From Eledone cirrhosa (lineage: Eukaryota), in contig OZ024747.1 in assembly GCA_964016885.1 (NCBI GenBank), positions 87,854,001 through 87,918,000 on the forward strand: DNA of 64,000 nucleotides, in the 5' to 3' direction. Position numbers and translations under genes: made by a program. The notes under the pieces are model-generated. The model had not been told where the DNA came from and searched no databases. It saw only the letters and a program-made list of their open reading frames with translations. Positions 12,001 through 25,510 of the stretch are shown here, piece after piece. Positions within the stretch are counted from its first letter, which is position 1; the number at the start of each line of letters is the position of its first letter.

Positions 12001-14073
12001 GAGTCTCCTTCACTTGAGGGTCAACGTGCTGGTACCGAATCTCCTTCACTTGAGGGTCAACGTGCTGGTACCGAATCGCCTTCATTTGAGGGTCAACGTG
12101 CTGGTACTGAATCGCCTTCCTTTGAGGGCCAGCACTCGGGTACTGAGTCCCCAGAGTACAAAAGGCAATACTCTGACACAGAATCTCCAGAGTACGAAAG
12201 AGAACACTCTGGTACTGAATCTCCAGATTACGAAAGGCAACATGCTGAGTCACCAGAATATGAAGATGAGCATGCCACTGGTAAGACCCCAGAAAGAGAG
12301 CAGGCAAATGAGGAAGCCTGCCAACAGGAACAGCATGAGCTGGAGGATAGTCCTGAACCTGAAGAACAAGAAAGCTCATCTGATGACCATCTGTCGGATC
12401 GAATCAGTCCAGAAAGTAATCAAGACACTGAAGAACTTAATCAGCGTTACAGTCCTGAAGGTTATGAGGCTGAGCAAGATTTGGGTGCTGGCTCACATAT
12501 GGAATTTCATGAAAAAGATGAAGACAAAGAGAATCATGGTCCAGAAGGTGATATGCATCAATCTGATAGTGGTACTGCCTTTGACCAATGTGATGAAGTA
12601 GACAAACAATCACATGAAGACCAAATTGATGATGAGGAAGATGATTCTTCTGAAGTGGCTTCTCAACCTGAAACTAATGAAGTAGCAATGGACTGGGACG
12701 AAAAAGAAAGGAGTCCTGAAGGCGACCACTTTGATAAACAAGATCATGCAGCAGCAGAACAAATGACTGGTGCTAGAGATGATGTATCTTCAATACCAGC
12801 AGCTTTTGAAAAGGATGAAACTCCTCAACGTGATGAATCTGTGAATGTACATCAATCCCCCAGTGATGAGTTCTCTAGTGAAGAGGGGGTGACTGCTGAT
12901 AAAGAAGCTGAAGATAGAGATGATACTGACTCTATTGATGGTGGTACACCTGATGATGAAAAGGATATTGATGAATCTTTTAGTTCTTCGAAACAGTCCT
13001 GTGAGCAATCAGCTGCTACAGCTGGTTGGAATTCCAATACCAGCAACTTGTCACCACTTGCACCACCATTTTCTCCAAGTAATCAACAGTCTTTTGATCC
13101 TTTTGGTCAACAAGGGGACATTCCTTGTATGGAAGGTCATGCTGCTCCTAATCCTGCTCCTAATCTTGATGGGTTTAATGCAGATGCTAAACCATTTGAA
13201 CCGGCTGATGAATGGGGAAAACCCATGAATCTTCCCAGTCCACCACCACCACTTGAATCTAGAAAGCCAAATGGTGTCACTGCTGCAAAGAGTCCCATGA
13301 GAGCTAGGCCAACAAATTCCAAATTTGATCCTAAAGCCACTGATAAAAAGTCAACTGACAACAAGAAAACTGAAACTAAGAAACCACCAACATCTTTAGG
13401 AAAACCTAGACCTTTAACAGAAAGAAAGAGTGCAGCCAGCAGCAAACCTGAGAAAAGGTTGGCCAATGGTGATGCTGATATGAAGAGTAAACCAAAGGCT
13501 CCTACCAGTAGCTTGGATAAAAGGTCAACTTCAGCAACTGCTGACAAGAAACCATTAACAAAATCACGTCCTTTATCTTCCACATTAAGTAAACCAGAGA
13601 ACAAAACAAACAGCGCTTCAAAAATGGATTCCAAGACCAAACTGTCAGCAACCAAACGTCCGACTACCACCAGTGGAAGCCGTACCTCTCCAGCCTCCAA
13701 GCCTGCTCCTCCTTTACCCCCTCACACTACTTTCTATGTAGACTTGACATATATTCCTAACCACGGTGATCCAACATCAAGTGATATTGAATACTTTAAG
13801 AGGGTACGAGCCCGTTACTATGTACTAAGTGCCCTCTCACCAAACCCTCAAATATTAAATGCTCTCTTGGAAGCGAAACAAACCTGGGAAGACAAGGACC
13901 TGGAAGTTACAGTTATTCCAACATATGATAATGAAACATTAAGACATTGGATGGGTTTAAACTGTGACCAATTGACTGAACTGAAGATTGATGTTGCCCC
14001 TTCTGCCAGTCGTTGCACAATCCAATTACAGGATCACGAAACAAGTTGCTCAGCTTATAGACTAGAGTTCTAG
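9098..14073 (+). CDS. futsch: MAP1A/1B/futsch-family microtubule-associated protein, ~5-kb terminal coding exon
   Basis: Acceptor ttttgcag|GT at 9096-9097; 1655-codon ORF ending TAG at 14073. N-terminal MAP1 motifs (KPTLYVFPGCQGDSALFGISGFNLLVNGG, WDFTRHLDRIDALLLTHLGIDNLFG, LYHKVGHGSLDMY, RIFFPGNAPQHKIIEGLEKMK), Lys-rich segment, acidic middle, and C-terminal light-chain domain (FYVDLTYIP...YFKRVRARYYV...LLEAKQTW...VIPTYD...SRCTIQLQDHETSCSAYRLEF). Confidence 0.95.
11563..12246 (+). repeat. Coding minisatellite: 16 near-identical 36-bp units (GTESPS[F/L]EGQRA) plus 3 degenerate units
   Basis: Unit ggtaccgagtctccttcatttgagggtcaacgtgct; 16 units span exactly 11563-12138, followed by GTESPEYKRQYS/DTESPEYEREHS/GTESPDYERQHA. 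Confidence 0.97.
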
Positions 14074-17000
14074 ATCAAGGAACTGCCTTTTCACCTGAAT
14101 GACCTTTGTCCTCACTTGCCTTAAACATGGCTGTTGGACACAATTTTTCTACATGAAGTTTCTCCCACTTGTTTTCATCTACCCCCACCTCTTTGTGAAC
14201 AAGTGAGACAATTAAATATTATCAATATTATTATTATTATTATAAAGGCTTTTTTTAAATTTCCAACACCTTTCCACTCCTCCCACCCTAACCTGTTTTA
14301 ATCAGAAGGGTCTGAGAATTTTTCTTGGGGAGTGCAGACAAGATACAGTTTTCTTTTGAAATGCTGTACCATTTCGGAAAATGTTTGTTTCTTTCCACTG
14401 TTATCAGTGAGAAAGATTGAAAAGTACTCAGGCTGTAACTAAGTGCAGGGCCCTGCAATAAGGCCTACATAATATTAATAATAAAATAATAAGTCTTGAA
14501 GTCAAACTACTATGTTGTCATGTCTATTGCTGATCAATAAGCCTCCTGCTATTTTCCTTGCAACCAAATATTCCCCCCTCTCCTCCACATATGTTCTGCA
14601 TTGGTGTCACATTGGCTTTTTTTAGTGTTTAAATCCACTGACTGGAAAATTTAATAAATGCATTAACTTAAAATGATGGAAAGAAAAAAAATATGACAAG
14701 AAAATCCAGAAAATATATTATTACTGAACTGTAATAATTAAAAAAATATATATATATGTAAAGAAATAATAAATGTATAACTAAATTTGATTTTGGACAA
14801 AGTGGTTTTGGATGCCATTTAAAATATATGATGATGATGATGATAATAATAATTAATAATAATAAAACCAAAAAAAAAGGCTTTCAAATGTATCATGGAA
14901 ATCACAATGCCATGTCTTTCTGATACAACCAGCTGTTATTTATTTATTTTGTTCCTTTTTTTAATTTATTTCTTCTATTTTTTCCCTTGTAATATTTTAC
15001 TTGTTTTTCTTCTTTGCAAAATGTCCTTTGCTGCCACCTTACACTTGGTCACAATCCAAATCCATGCCTGACCCCCTTCCCTTTCTCTCCTTTCGTTCTC
15101 TGTCCATCTCCTCCTCATCACTGCTGTTATTATTACACATGCATTTGTTTTAAAAAAAAAACTGTCTGCTTCATAGTGTAGAATATCTCTTCTGCTAAAC
15201 CAACTTCATTCTTTGCTTCATTTTCGAAAATTTTCTCTTTGCTTTCTCAATCTTTTTAATTTTATCCTTTCTTTCTCTCTCACTATCTCCCATACACTCC
15301 CTCCCTCTCTGATGGCAATCATTACTGTTGGGCTTTCGTGTCATGTCTCTTTCTACACAGTTAAGGTAGAAATACAACGCTGTCTCTGAATATTTTTTTA
15401 CAATACAATCCAGAAATTCAATAAATTGTGATATAATTTCTTGTGTTGCTTATCTAGGTTTGTTCTTGTAAATTTTTTTTTTTTTTTTTTTTTTTTTTAT
15501 TACAATTTTGAACAAATTACCACTAAAGAAATTTGAAATTCTTTTAGTTTTTTTTTTTTTTTTTTTTTTTTTTTGCACACCTTATAAGGATGGGGAAAAA
15601 TGATCCGACTGTTTCAAGATCAAAGCATTAACTCTTTCATTGCTGTGATTTTTTTTTTTATTAATATATAAAATAATTATTTGGATGGATTTAATAAAAT
15701 TAATTTCTTATTTTATGTTTAGATAAAATTATAACAAAAGTTTATATTTTAATGATATGAATACTTTAAAATAAAGTTCATCGTTGAACCAAGCATGATT
15801 TCAGAGGTGGGTGGGTATAAAAAGGGGTTAATAATTAAGTGGGTGGAGGGAAAATTCAAAAACTCAGCTTATTAGTTAACCATAGTTTATTTAATTTTAT
15901 TGTTAGTGATTCATTGAAACAATCTAACATTTGTTTCAGAGTTTGACTTTATTTATTTATTTTATTCCTCTGCTTTCTTGCCAAATCTTTGCTGTTTATT
16001 GGACAGAATTTTGTTTTTTGGCTTTTTTATTTTTTTTTATTATTTTATATTTTGTATTAACAAATAAAAAATAATGCTCCGATAAAATAATTACATGTAT
16101 GTATGCTGGTAAGTAATACGTGCATCATGCACATGCAATCTGCTGGTTAATTTCTCTTTTCTACTTTGCATTCAAGCAAGGATAGCTACAGGATGTCTGT
16201 CTGCTCTCTCTCATCTATGTATATGCATGATCATGTGTGGCCTAGCTCATGTGTTGTTTTGCCTAGTAAAGAGCAGTGCCTTGGTCAAGTTGTGTTCACA
16301 CTGCTTGTTACAGAGCAGTTATATATATACATATATATATATACCAAACACATATGTGGCTCATGTAATCCAACCTTTTCAGCTCACCAATAAAGGATTT
16401 TGCTCTCCTATTTTTTTTTTTTTATTTTTATCACTGAAGTTTTCTTTTTCTTAGACTGGCTTTCACTGCTTTCCACTTTACATTTTGTATACAGGGATGA
16501 ACATCTAGTTAAACATAGGTATGATAGAGTAGATTCAATGCCAGTCTAAACTGAATAAAATGACCGGCTGTTTCCTAAATGACTATTCTGAGTAGCAAGT
16601 AGGAGCCTGTTGGATTTGTTGCTCATCTTTAGTACTACAAACATTCTGTGCAAGAAAATTTAATTCAAGGCTATTATACTTTATTCAAACAATTCATTTG
16701 TGACTGATCATTACACTTGACTCAAACTAAATTCAAGTTTTTTGTTTATCAAATTAGCCATCAAAATAAGGGATGAGGTGACTTGTTAAGCATCATATAC
16801 CAGTGCTGGTCTATTTAATCCATTAAATTAATGGATATAGAATCTTAGTTACTGATTTTTGTGCCAAGTGGATTCGCAAAATGAAATTTTTTTTTTAATA
16901 GTACCTGCTTATGTTAGCAAGAAAATAAAACCCATATCACTCCCTAACTAGAATTAATGTGTGGTGAATTTGATGCTATAATCTTTTGTATCAAGATTTA

Positions 17001-17292
17001 ACATAGAAATATGATAATGAACGGGTTAAACTGAAATTGTTTCTATTTGGCAAATCTCTTTTATTAACAGTAAATATATTTCAACTCTAATTTCATTAAT
17101 TTGATGGAGTATTGTAGCAAATGAGTATTGAAACACTTTGGGCAAGTAATTAGGTTAAGTTCAAAATCAGTCATGGGTTCAAGTACTTAACTGAGAAAAA
17201 CCCTTCATTACTCAAGTACTGTCACATGAAAAAAAAATGAGTACTAGCAGTTAAACTTGCAACAAAATTACATTGATCATTGCAGTGTTGCA

Positions 17293-17483
17293 TTAACCCT
17301 TTAGCATTTACATTACTCTATATTTACTATTGTATTTTTGTGGTAAAAGCTTTATAATTATCTCACATAATATTGAATCTACAAAATTTTAATTTATTTT
17401 GAGAACAATACATTGTCATGAGTGGCCAGTTACAACCAGTTTGAACAGAAAGAGGTGAGAGAATTCTGGCTGGGTTAAATGCT
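17293..17483. mobile_element. MITE family 1 (orientation A, right end damaged)
   Basis: Left TIR and internal sequence conserved. Confidence 0.82.
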
Positions 17484-18682
17484 TTGGTATTTGTTCCAGT
17501 GTTCTGAATTCAACTCAAAAGTACTAGTCCAGAGGTGGATTGGTGGAATTGTTAGTCAGATAAGATACTTTGTGATAGTTGTTCTAACTCTGAATTCAAA
17601 TCCTTCCAACTATGGCAGGTAGATCTCATCACCAATGGAAACATAGTTTCCTTGGTTCAATTATGCCATATACACTTGTATATAAGCAGAGAAATATGAG
17701 AAAAAAAAATTGAAACGGGTGGGGGGTCAACTTATATTCAAGGTCAATATTTGCTGATTTTTCACCAACTTCACATTCTACATAAATAAGGTACTAAAAT
17801 ATCGAGTGATTATTTTACAATGAAAATATTTTTCTACATTTACTACGTCATTAGTGACAATTTTTTTTATACTTAATACATAAATATCCTATACATGTGC
17901 ATCTACTGTTTTTATCTAACTTAATACTTTTTATTTCAATCTTATTTCTGACTTATATTTTATTGCTCTATCTCCTCTCTCTCGCTTGCTGTTTCTCCTT
18001 CCTTATACAAAGTTCCCTCATTCAATTTCTTGCTTTCAAAATACTCCTAGCATGTCATAACCAGAAGCTAACAAAAAATTGTGAAACTATAGAATGGATG
18101 TAATGGTGAAAAAGCATTACATGATGAAGCTGTGAAACAAAAACTATATTCTAAACGCTTAAAACATTTCTGCCTTGAAAAAAAAATCTCTTCCAAATTA
18201 TGCCAGCATGGAAAGAGATGTAAAATTGATGAGAAAATAACATTTTGTTATACTTTCGGAGGGTCATGCTGCAAATAAAAACGCGCACCAGTTGAGTTTC
18301 ACTTCAATTTATTATTATAGTTCCTCTGTTAGTTAGTTTTAATAACTTGGTTGTCAAAGCTCTTTCATCACACATTCTGTGACTACTTTTACTTTGTCTA
18401 ATATATCTAATCTGTGGGAGCTGAACTTGGCCAGTATAAAATGTTAGTAGTTCACTCTTGAAGAGCAATTGTTATTCTTTATTTGGTACTCGAAGAAAAA
18501 TGAGCATTATTTCCTTTATTCAATTTACACTGTCTCATGCTATATGTATTTCCAGGATATCACATTTAAAATCTCAAGTAGGTTCATATTTCCTGCATGA
18601 TGATGCTTTGAAAAAAATTTTTCTTTTATAAATATTTAAAATATATTCTCTCTCTCAATACATCACTTCACATCCGTTTTCC

Positions 18683-18713
<31 letters not shown>

Positions 18714-20379
18714 GACCAGAATCATTTCATTGTTAATCCACTTACACTACACAAGTCATGTGTATTTCCGAAAGATTACTTCTAGTACTGCTGCTGGCAG
18801 TCTGGTATAGGATAAAGCCAATTGTGTATTTGACATCATAAGTAAAGTCTTCTTTTGGCATATCCTGTTTCAGTTGACAAAATGACACAAAGCTGTGTTT
18901 TGTTGGTTGCAATAATAAACATTTTTGCACTTCAAACTGGGATTTATAGATAACAGTAACTTTACTCTTGCTTGTCTTTTGAAACATCAGACTATGTAGC
19001 AGCTAGATCTCTGTTGCCATCTTCCAGTTTACAGTCTTGCCATTGATTCATTCATTCATTCATTCACGGAACTTAGTCACTTCCACTGAATGCATGCTTT
19101 AATCTTCTATTTCCTTTTTACAGTGAAAAAGTAGCTTCAACAGATAAAGAAAGATATGGGTTGGTCTCTAACAATAAATATATGCAGAAAGTGTGGATGT
19201 TGTGAAGTTTATTTTCCATAGGTGTGGCGAAGTGAAAAAGTAATGTTAAGTCTTTCCAATGATATATATATATTATAATAATAATAATAGACTAATCTCC
19301 TGGTAGTTATTTGAGTAAAACCTTTATCACGCAACTAAAATGATTAGTTTTGTTGAGGGTCATTATTGTCCCATTTCAAAATTCCTGACCTAACTTCATT
19401 CTCACTACTCTCTGACCTAAATGTTTTTTTTTTTAAAATTGCCAGCATGCCAACTTATCTCAACTTTCAACATTGTTTCACCCTCCCCCCATCCACACTA
19501 GAGTTGATAGCGCTGAAAGTAGGAAAAGTAGCTTTTGGCTTTCTAGGTTATGTTATAGATATATTTCTAGGTAGGGGCTTAGTTACTAACATTGAACTTT
19601 TTTTTTTTAATGTGATGATCATGGCTGGAATGTCTTTCAGCAGAGTTGATAGCAATAAAACTAAGATGAGTGCTGAAAATAGTCTTGCTTTTATATATAA
19701 TATAAAAGTGATGACCATGACTAATTGATTACACAAGGTTAAATAATATAATATAAATCTACTATTACTATAGTTTTTTTTTATCTACAATACAATTTCT
19801 CATGCTCGTATTTATTGAAAAGTAGCTAAAAGTTGAAATTTGCTGGCTGGCTAACTAGTATCACCCTTAGAGGGTTAATAAAATAAAGGATCAGTAACGT
19901 CATACTGGGGTCAATTTACTCGACATTCCCTTTCCCAAAAAATTGTTGGCCTTGTGCCTAAATCAGAAACCATTATTGTAAGAATATCCAAATAACGTTG
20001 GATATTTATTACTGCCTATAATTTGCAAATTAATTTCTTGTTATTAAGCTTGTGTTTAGAACAAATGTTCTTAATTAAATTCTTACAAATAATTATGATG
20101 GAAGCATTTTGGATAATTATAAACACTTTATAATAAATAGTTTTCTATCATAGAAATAGGTGGTACTCTCAGTTTTGAATACCCCTCCCCCCCTCTGCTT
20201 ATTAATTTTTCAGATTTATTTTAACTCTACAACTAACTGACAGGATGAAACTAATTCTCGAAGCCAGCTTTTGCAGAGCTGCCTACCAACTCAAATGGCT
20301 CAGTAATAAACAATGCTACTGACAACGCCACTACTACTGCGATGAATAATACTAAATTTCATATATACCACTTAGACCA

Positions 20380-21180
20380 CCGACTCTCTCCACCCTGTCA
20401 ACCGAGAGCTTGACCTGAAACTCTCCAGACTTAAGCAGTCTACTATTAGCATATTACATAAACATAAGATACTCCCTAACCTCTCTAGGAAACATCTCAC
20501 TCTAAACAATGTGTGAGAAGGACCTCGTGTACTTCCCTTCCAATGAAGGGAAACAATTTTACATCATCTCTAAGGACACGTACAACAAACAGCTTAGCAT
20601 ATGAAAACCTTAACAACGGTGAACTATACTCAAGTGACATAGCTGCGTCACAGATTAAAGATCACATCAACACCACTTGGATGGATATCTGCAGATGGCG
20701 ACAACTTCCCAACAAATATAAAAACAATCTCACCACCAGAAACAGCAGACTGCCAACATTCTACCACCTCATTAAAACCCACAAACCCAGTGTAAATCTA
20801 CAGATTAGACCAATTGTCTCTACTATAGAAGGACCCCCTCTATAAAATCTGGTTCCTCAAGCCTATGCTTGCTACTTTTCCTATATATGTCAGCAGCTTC
20901 AACGAAGTCATACAAAGACTACATCAACTGCAACTTAAACTCAACAGATATGCTTTTAGCTTCAACATTGTCTCCCTCTACACAACAGTACCCGCTCATC
21001 CAGCAGTCAACCCAGTGACTGACTGCATCATTTCATACAACATACTGCTTCAGCCTGACCCCACAAGACATACATCGGCTTCTATCCGTCATCATAGAAA
21101 ATACATACTTCACTTTCCATCACCACACATACAAAAAAAAACAGGCCTACCCATGGGATTCAGTCTCATCTATATGAACT
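20380..21180 (+). mobile_element. Penelope-like element reverse transcriptase relic
   Basis: LPTFYHLIKTHK..IRPIVSTIEGPP, FSFNIVSLYTTVP and GLPMG are PLE-type RT motifs; frameshifted. Confidence 0.8.
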
Positions 21181-21489
21181 GTGGAGTGGTCAACACCTGC
21201 TGTTTCAGTAGTGACTTCGTCTGCCGACACAAATGTTCTCAATTCTTCTATTATACTAATTTTTTTAAAAACTTAACTATCTAAATCTTTACCAGTCTTT
21301 AAATGGTAACGTATCTAAAAAAAACTAAAAGTAATAATACCCAAAATTATACGAATTAAAATTAACAAAAGAAATCTTTACACTCATCTATTAATAGTTA
21401 AACAGTGTAAATCTCTATATGTATGAGTATATATACATATTTATGTTGTTTTTTACACATGGGTATATATATGTATGAATGGACCTTTC

Positions 21490-22860
21490 ACACCTTTTAG
21501 GCTGGGTAGAGGTACTACTGATAGCCTCTTTCTGGTGAGACAACTACAGGAGAAGTATTTAGCAAAGAGTAAGCCACTATACCTAGTATTTGAAGATCTA
21601 GAGAAAGCCTTTGACAGCCCATGCTCTATAATCTTGTGGGCTAGGTGTAGACGAATGGTTTGTGAGGGCCGTGTATAGAGGAGAGACCAGCAGAGTGAGA
21701 ATTGGAATTGACTAGTGATGAATTTGAAGTGCAGGTGGGAGTTCACCAGTGGTCAGTCCTCATAGGCAAAGTGGTTGTGGAGGTGCCACGGCAAAAAAGC
21801 ACCCAGCCCACACTGTTAAGTGGACGTGTAGGCACCACAGAAAAAAAGCACACAGCACTCACTGTAAATGAGGTTGGTGTTAGGAAGGGCATCCAGCTGT
21901 AAAAATCAAGCCAAAATCAGTTCCTGTATGAGCAAGACAAGGTCAGCCGACTGGACACTGCCCACAACAGGACAACCTGTCTAACCCGTGCTAGCGTGGA
22001 AGAACGGACGTAAAACAGTGATGATGATGATAGGAGAGTTTGAAGCAAAATTTCAAGCATGGAAGAACCTAGAGCTGATAGACCTGAAAGTAAATATAGT
22101 GAAGACGAAAGTTTTAATAACTAGGAAAGTGGCCGTACTCGATGTGTCAGAAAGGGATGGGTAGAAATTCCCTAAGGTGCACACGAGATGTAGTGGGATT
22201 GCAGCTAAGCTAACAAAAAAGATAGAATTTATATGTGGCAGATGCACGGAGGAGGTGAGCACAAAGAATACACGTGAAATAGATTCACTCAACTGTAAGG
22301 GGAGCTCTCTAGAAGTTGTGAACAGCTTTTGCTATCTCAGCAATAAAATTAGTGGGGAGGATGCTTGGAAAGTGTGATAGCTAGAATAAGAACAGGCTAG
22401 AAGAAGTTTAGAGATCTATTACTACTGCTAACAACAAAATGCTTTTCTCTCAGTGAAGGGTAGACTGTAGGATTCCTGCGTGCAAACTGCAATGTTACAT
22501 AGCAGTGAAACATGAGCCTTGACTGCTGAAGACCTGCAGAGGCTAGAAAGAAATGAGTCGGGTATTCTCCAATGGATGTGCAATGTTAGTGTACATGAGC
22601 AACATAACATAAGCAAACTGAGGGAAAAATTTGGAGTAAGAGGAATTGGTTGTAAAATGCAAGAGAGAAGACTGTTGGAATGGCTGCTGCATAATGAAAT
22701 GCAGAGAAAAATTCAAGTGGATGGGACCTGTGTAAGGGGGAGTCCCAAGAAGACATAAGATGATGTAAGAACTGACCTTAGAAAGCTAAATCTTACAACA
22801 GAAATGACTAAAGACAGCAAGGGATGGCACTATGCTATGCTGAAGAAGACCCAACCTGCA
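21490..22860 (+). mobile_element. Degenerate RTE LINE relic interrupted by a SINE fragment (21765-22030)
   Basis: Fragmented ORFs TTDSLFLVRQLQEKYLAKSKPLYL, VGVHQ, HTRCSG..ICGRC, RLERNE, homologous to the 39-40 kb and 54-56 kb copies. Confidence 0.88.
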
Positions 22861-24934
22861 GCTTACAGTGACTTGACCTACCCTCTCCCTAACAGTTATT
22901 CTCAATTTCATTACTTCAACCTCCTCACACAGATATTCCTGGCAGCTGATATATTAATAATGAATAAATTTTAATAAATCCTAAATTTTCATTAATTCAT
23001 TCTAGCCAAAGATAACAACAAAGATTTAAAAGATACAACAGCTTTTAATATATTACATAATGTGAACTAAATTACAGGTCCAATATTCCTGGCAAAAATA
23101 AAACTTTAGACAAGAGATATTATTGAATTTTAATGTCTTCCATCCAGAAAAGAAAATGTGAGAATAACTCTTTATTATTTACAAGAACCTCAACCCTCAT
23201 GGATTAAGTCATTGATGACAAACTACAGTTGAGAACAATTTCACAAATTCTATTTTTAAAAAAATTAAATAAATAAAAACACAATCTTATAAAGGCTTCT
23301 ATTGATTTTTGTTGGCTTATTTACTGATTTTCTAAAAAAATATTTTAATTTCCAGATTCAATATGTAAAAATGATTGGTTGATTGGTACATTGGTTGATC
23401 GCAGTTCTCTTTTCTTAAAAAATAAGTGTTGATGGTTGTTTATTCATACTTTTTAAAAATAAAACTAAAGTGAGCAAATATTGGCTAATGTTGACTAAAA
23501 GTAACAAATGTTCAAATACATGGGAAAATGATGACATTTCTTGGATCATGGCTCAAAATTTGCCCTATATTGTCAAAACTGACATATTTAAAACTAGTTA
23601 TTTTGTTTTAATACTGATTTTCCACTACAATGTTCATGATTAATATATATATATATGTATATATACACACACATATATATATATATATTGCAATGGTTCC
23701 TTAGCTGCCTGTCACATTGTCTTACCTTTGTAAAGAGTGGAGTTAAAGGAAAGTAATGTTTCAGAAAAAAAAAAAAAATCTTGATCATGATAGAACGAGG
23801 TTCTCTGGTTTAGCTACACAATATTTAATTCTTTTGATAAACAATCTACCCACTGTTCTATAATATAGAGCTGTTTATTTTAAAGTTTATATATATCTAA
23901 AATCCTGTTTGATAACAAAGTTAGATATATAACTAAATCCATTCAAATTGATTATTTTTAGAATGATTTCATTAAATTATAGGCAGAGAGGCTTTTAGAA
24001 ATATGGTAATGAAAGGGTTGACACAAAAATTACATACAAAAGACCATGACTATGCTTTAACAGTATCATAAGGTTGTAGATTTGATTCTTGGACTGGACA
24101 GTACATTGTGTCATTAAGACACTTCATTTCACGTTGCTCTAGTTCACCTACCTAAGTTAACTCAAGCAATTGACTGGCATCTGGTTCAGATGAAGAGTCT
24201 TTAGATAAGAATAAGGACCTCATAATTAACACTTGAGAAATGCAGCAGGCCAGCTAAAGCTGCATATGTGTGAGATATAAGGACCAGTGACCAATAGGTG
24301 AAAACATCTGTAAATATAGGTGTTTTACTTGTCCTATTTCTCTCTATGAAATGAAACATTGGACAAGTGTTTCATTTCATCTATATGTGTGTGTGTGTAT
24401 CTGTACTAGACATAGCTGAAATATATAAAGATATATATATGTATGTGTACACAAAGCTGCCTCAAATCACCAATCAATAAAATAGCTTTAAGTATTAGAA
24501 TTTTCATATCAATTATATGGGAGTTATGATGGCTTTGAGTAAAGGTGTTTATAGACATGTTGCAATCTCTGCTAGGAATTATCATGAAATACATACTTTC
24601 CTATTTATTCTATTTCATGTCTTTTGTTTCATAAGTTCAGCTAAGAAGCTAGTCAGGCACATCACTCTTTCTCCCCCACATAACACCTCATAGACCAATC
24701 AAACCACAACAATACAAATATATCTTCACTCATTATCTGCTATTATCTTTCTTATTCTCCTTGGAGGTTTTTGTTTGTTACGGATGGTCTGCAATGATGG
24801 AGCAACCCTAAATATGAATATGAATCCATGCATTCCCAGGTGACCATGTGAGCCTTCTTTATTTCAGATACAGAAAGCAAACATCCACCACCACATATAT
24901 CCACCTTCATCTTCCTCCTGTGACCCTGACAGCA

Positions 24935-25510
24935 AACTCTCAAACTTCTGTATTGGCACCATCAACGTGAGCACAATGAAAAGAAGAACAGGAGAGATTT
25001 TAGAAATGCTAGAGCGAAAGAAATTGATGTATGATGTATGCAAGAGACTAGAGAGGAAAGTCAGCTAGACTCCTTGTTGGCAAAAAACAGTGCTACAAAT
25101 TTTTGTGGATGAGCAATGACAACGGGCTGGGTAAAGTAATCTCAGTAATTCGAGGGAATGAGAAAATCATTAAGCTCAGACTAGTCATAAACAGAACAAT
25201 GACCACAATTATATCTGCATACGCACCCCAATCTGGGTTGTCAGACGAACTAAAAGATAGGTTTTTATGAATCCATAATGCACACTACTACCCTAACAAA
25301 TGATAATGACTTCCTAATCTTTGCAGGGGACTTTAATGGACACATTGGACAACACTGTGATGGCTGGTACAAGAAATGAAGGTTTCAGGCTTCTAGAATT
25401 CTGCGACACCAATGATCTATTGATATGCAACACTAACTTCAAAAAACCCAACAACCACCAGATCCCCTATAGATCTGATGAGCAATCTTGTCAGATTGAT
25501 TATTTTATTA
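24935..25510 (+). mobile_element. RTE LINE endonuclease (APE) relic
   Basis: Translates as IGTINVSTM...ISAYAPQSGL...GDFNGHIG...EGFRLLEFCDTNDLLICNTNFKK...QIDY, with indels. Confidence 0.85.

Noticed and set aside
11381-12601. Overlapping 332-aa antisense and 397-aa +1-frame ORFs
   Set aside because: Shadow frames: the 36-bp unit has no stop in those frames and the Glu/Asp-rich codon usage suppresses stops nearby; no independent domain or splice evidence.
18742-18987. 81-aa intergenic ORF
   Set aside because: No recognisable motif and no linked exons; possibly a decayed transposon fragment.
24296-24380. Short inverted repeats (13-bp atgaaatgaaaca arms)
   Set aside because: AT-rich, low complexity and adjacent to a SINE relic; no support for a functional RNA.
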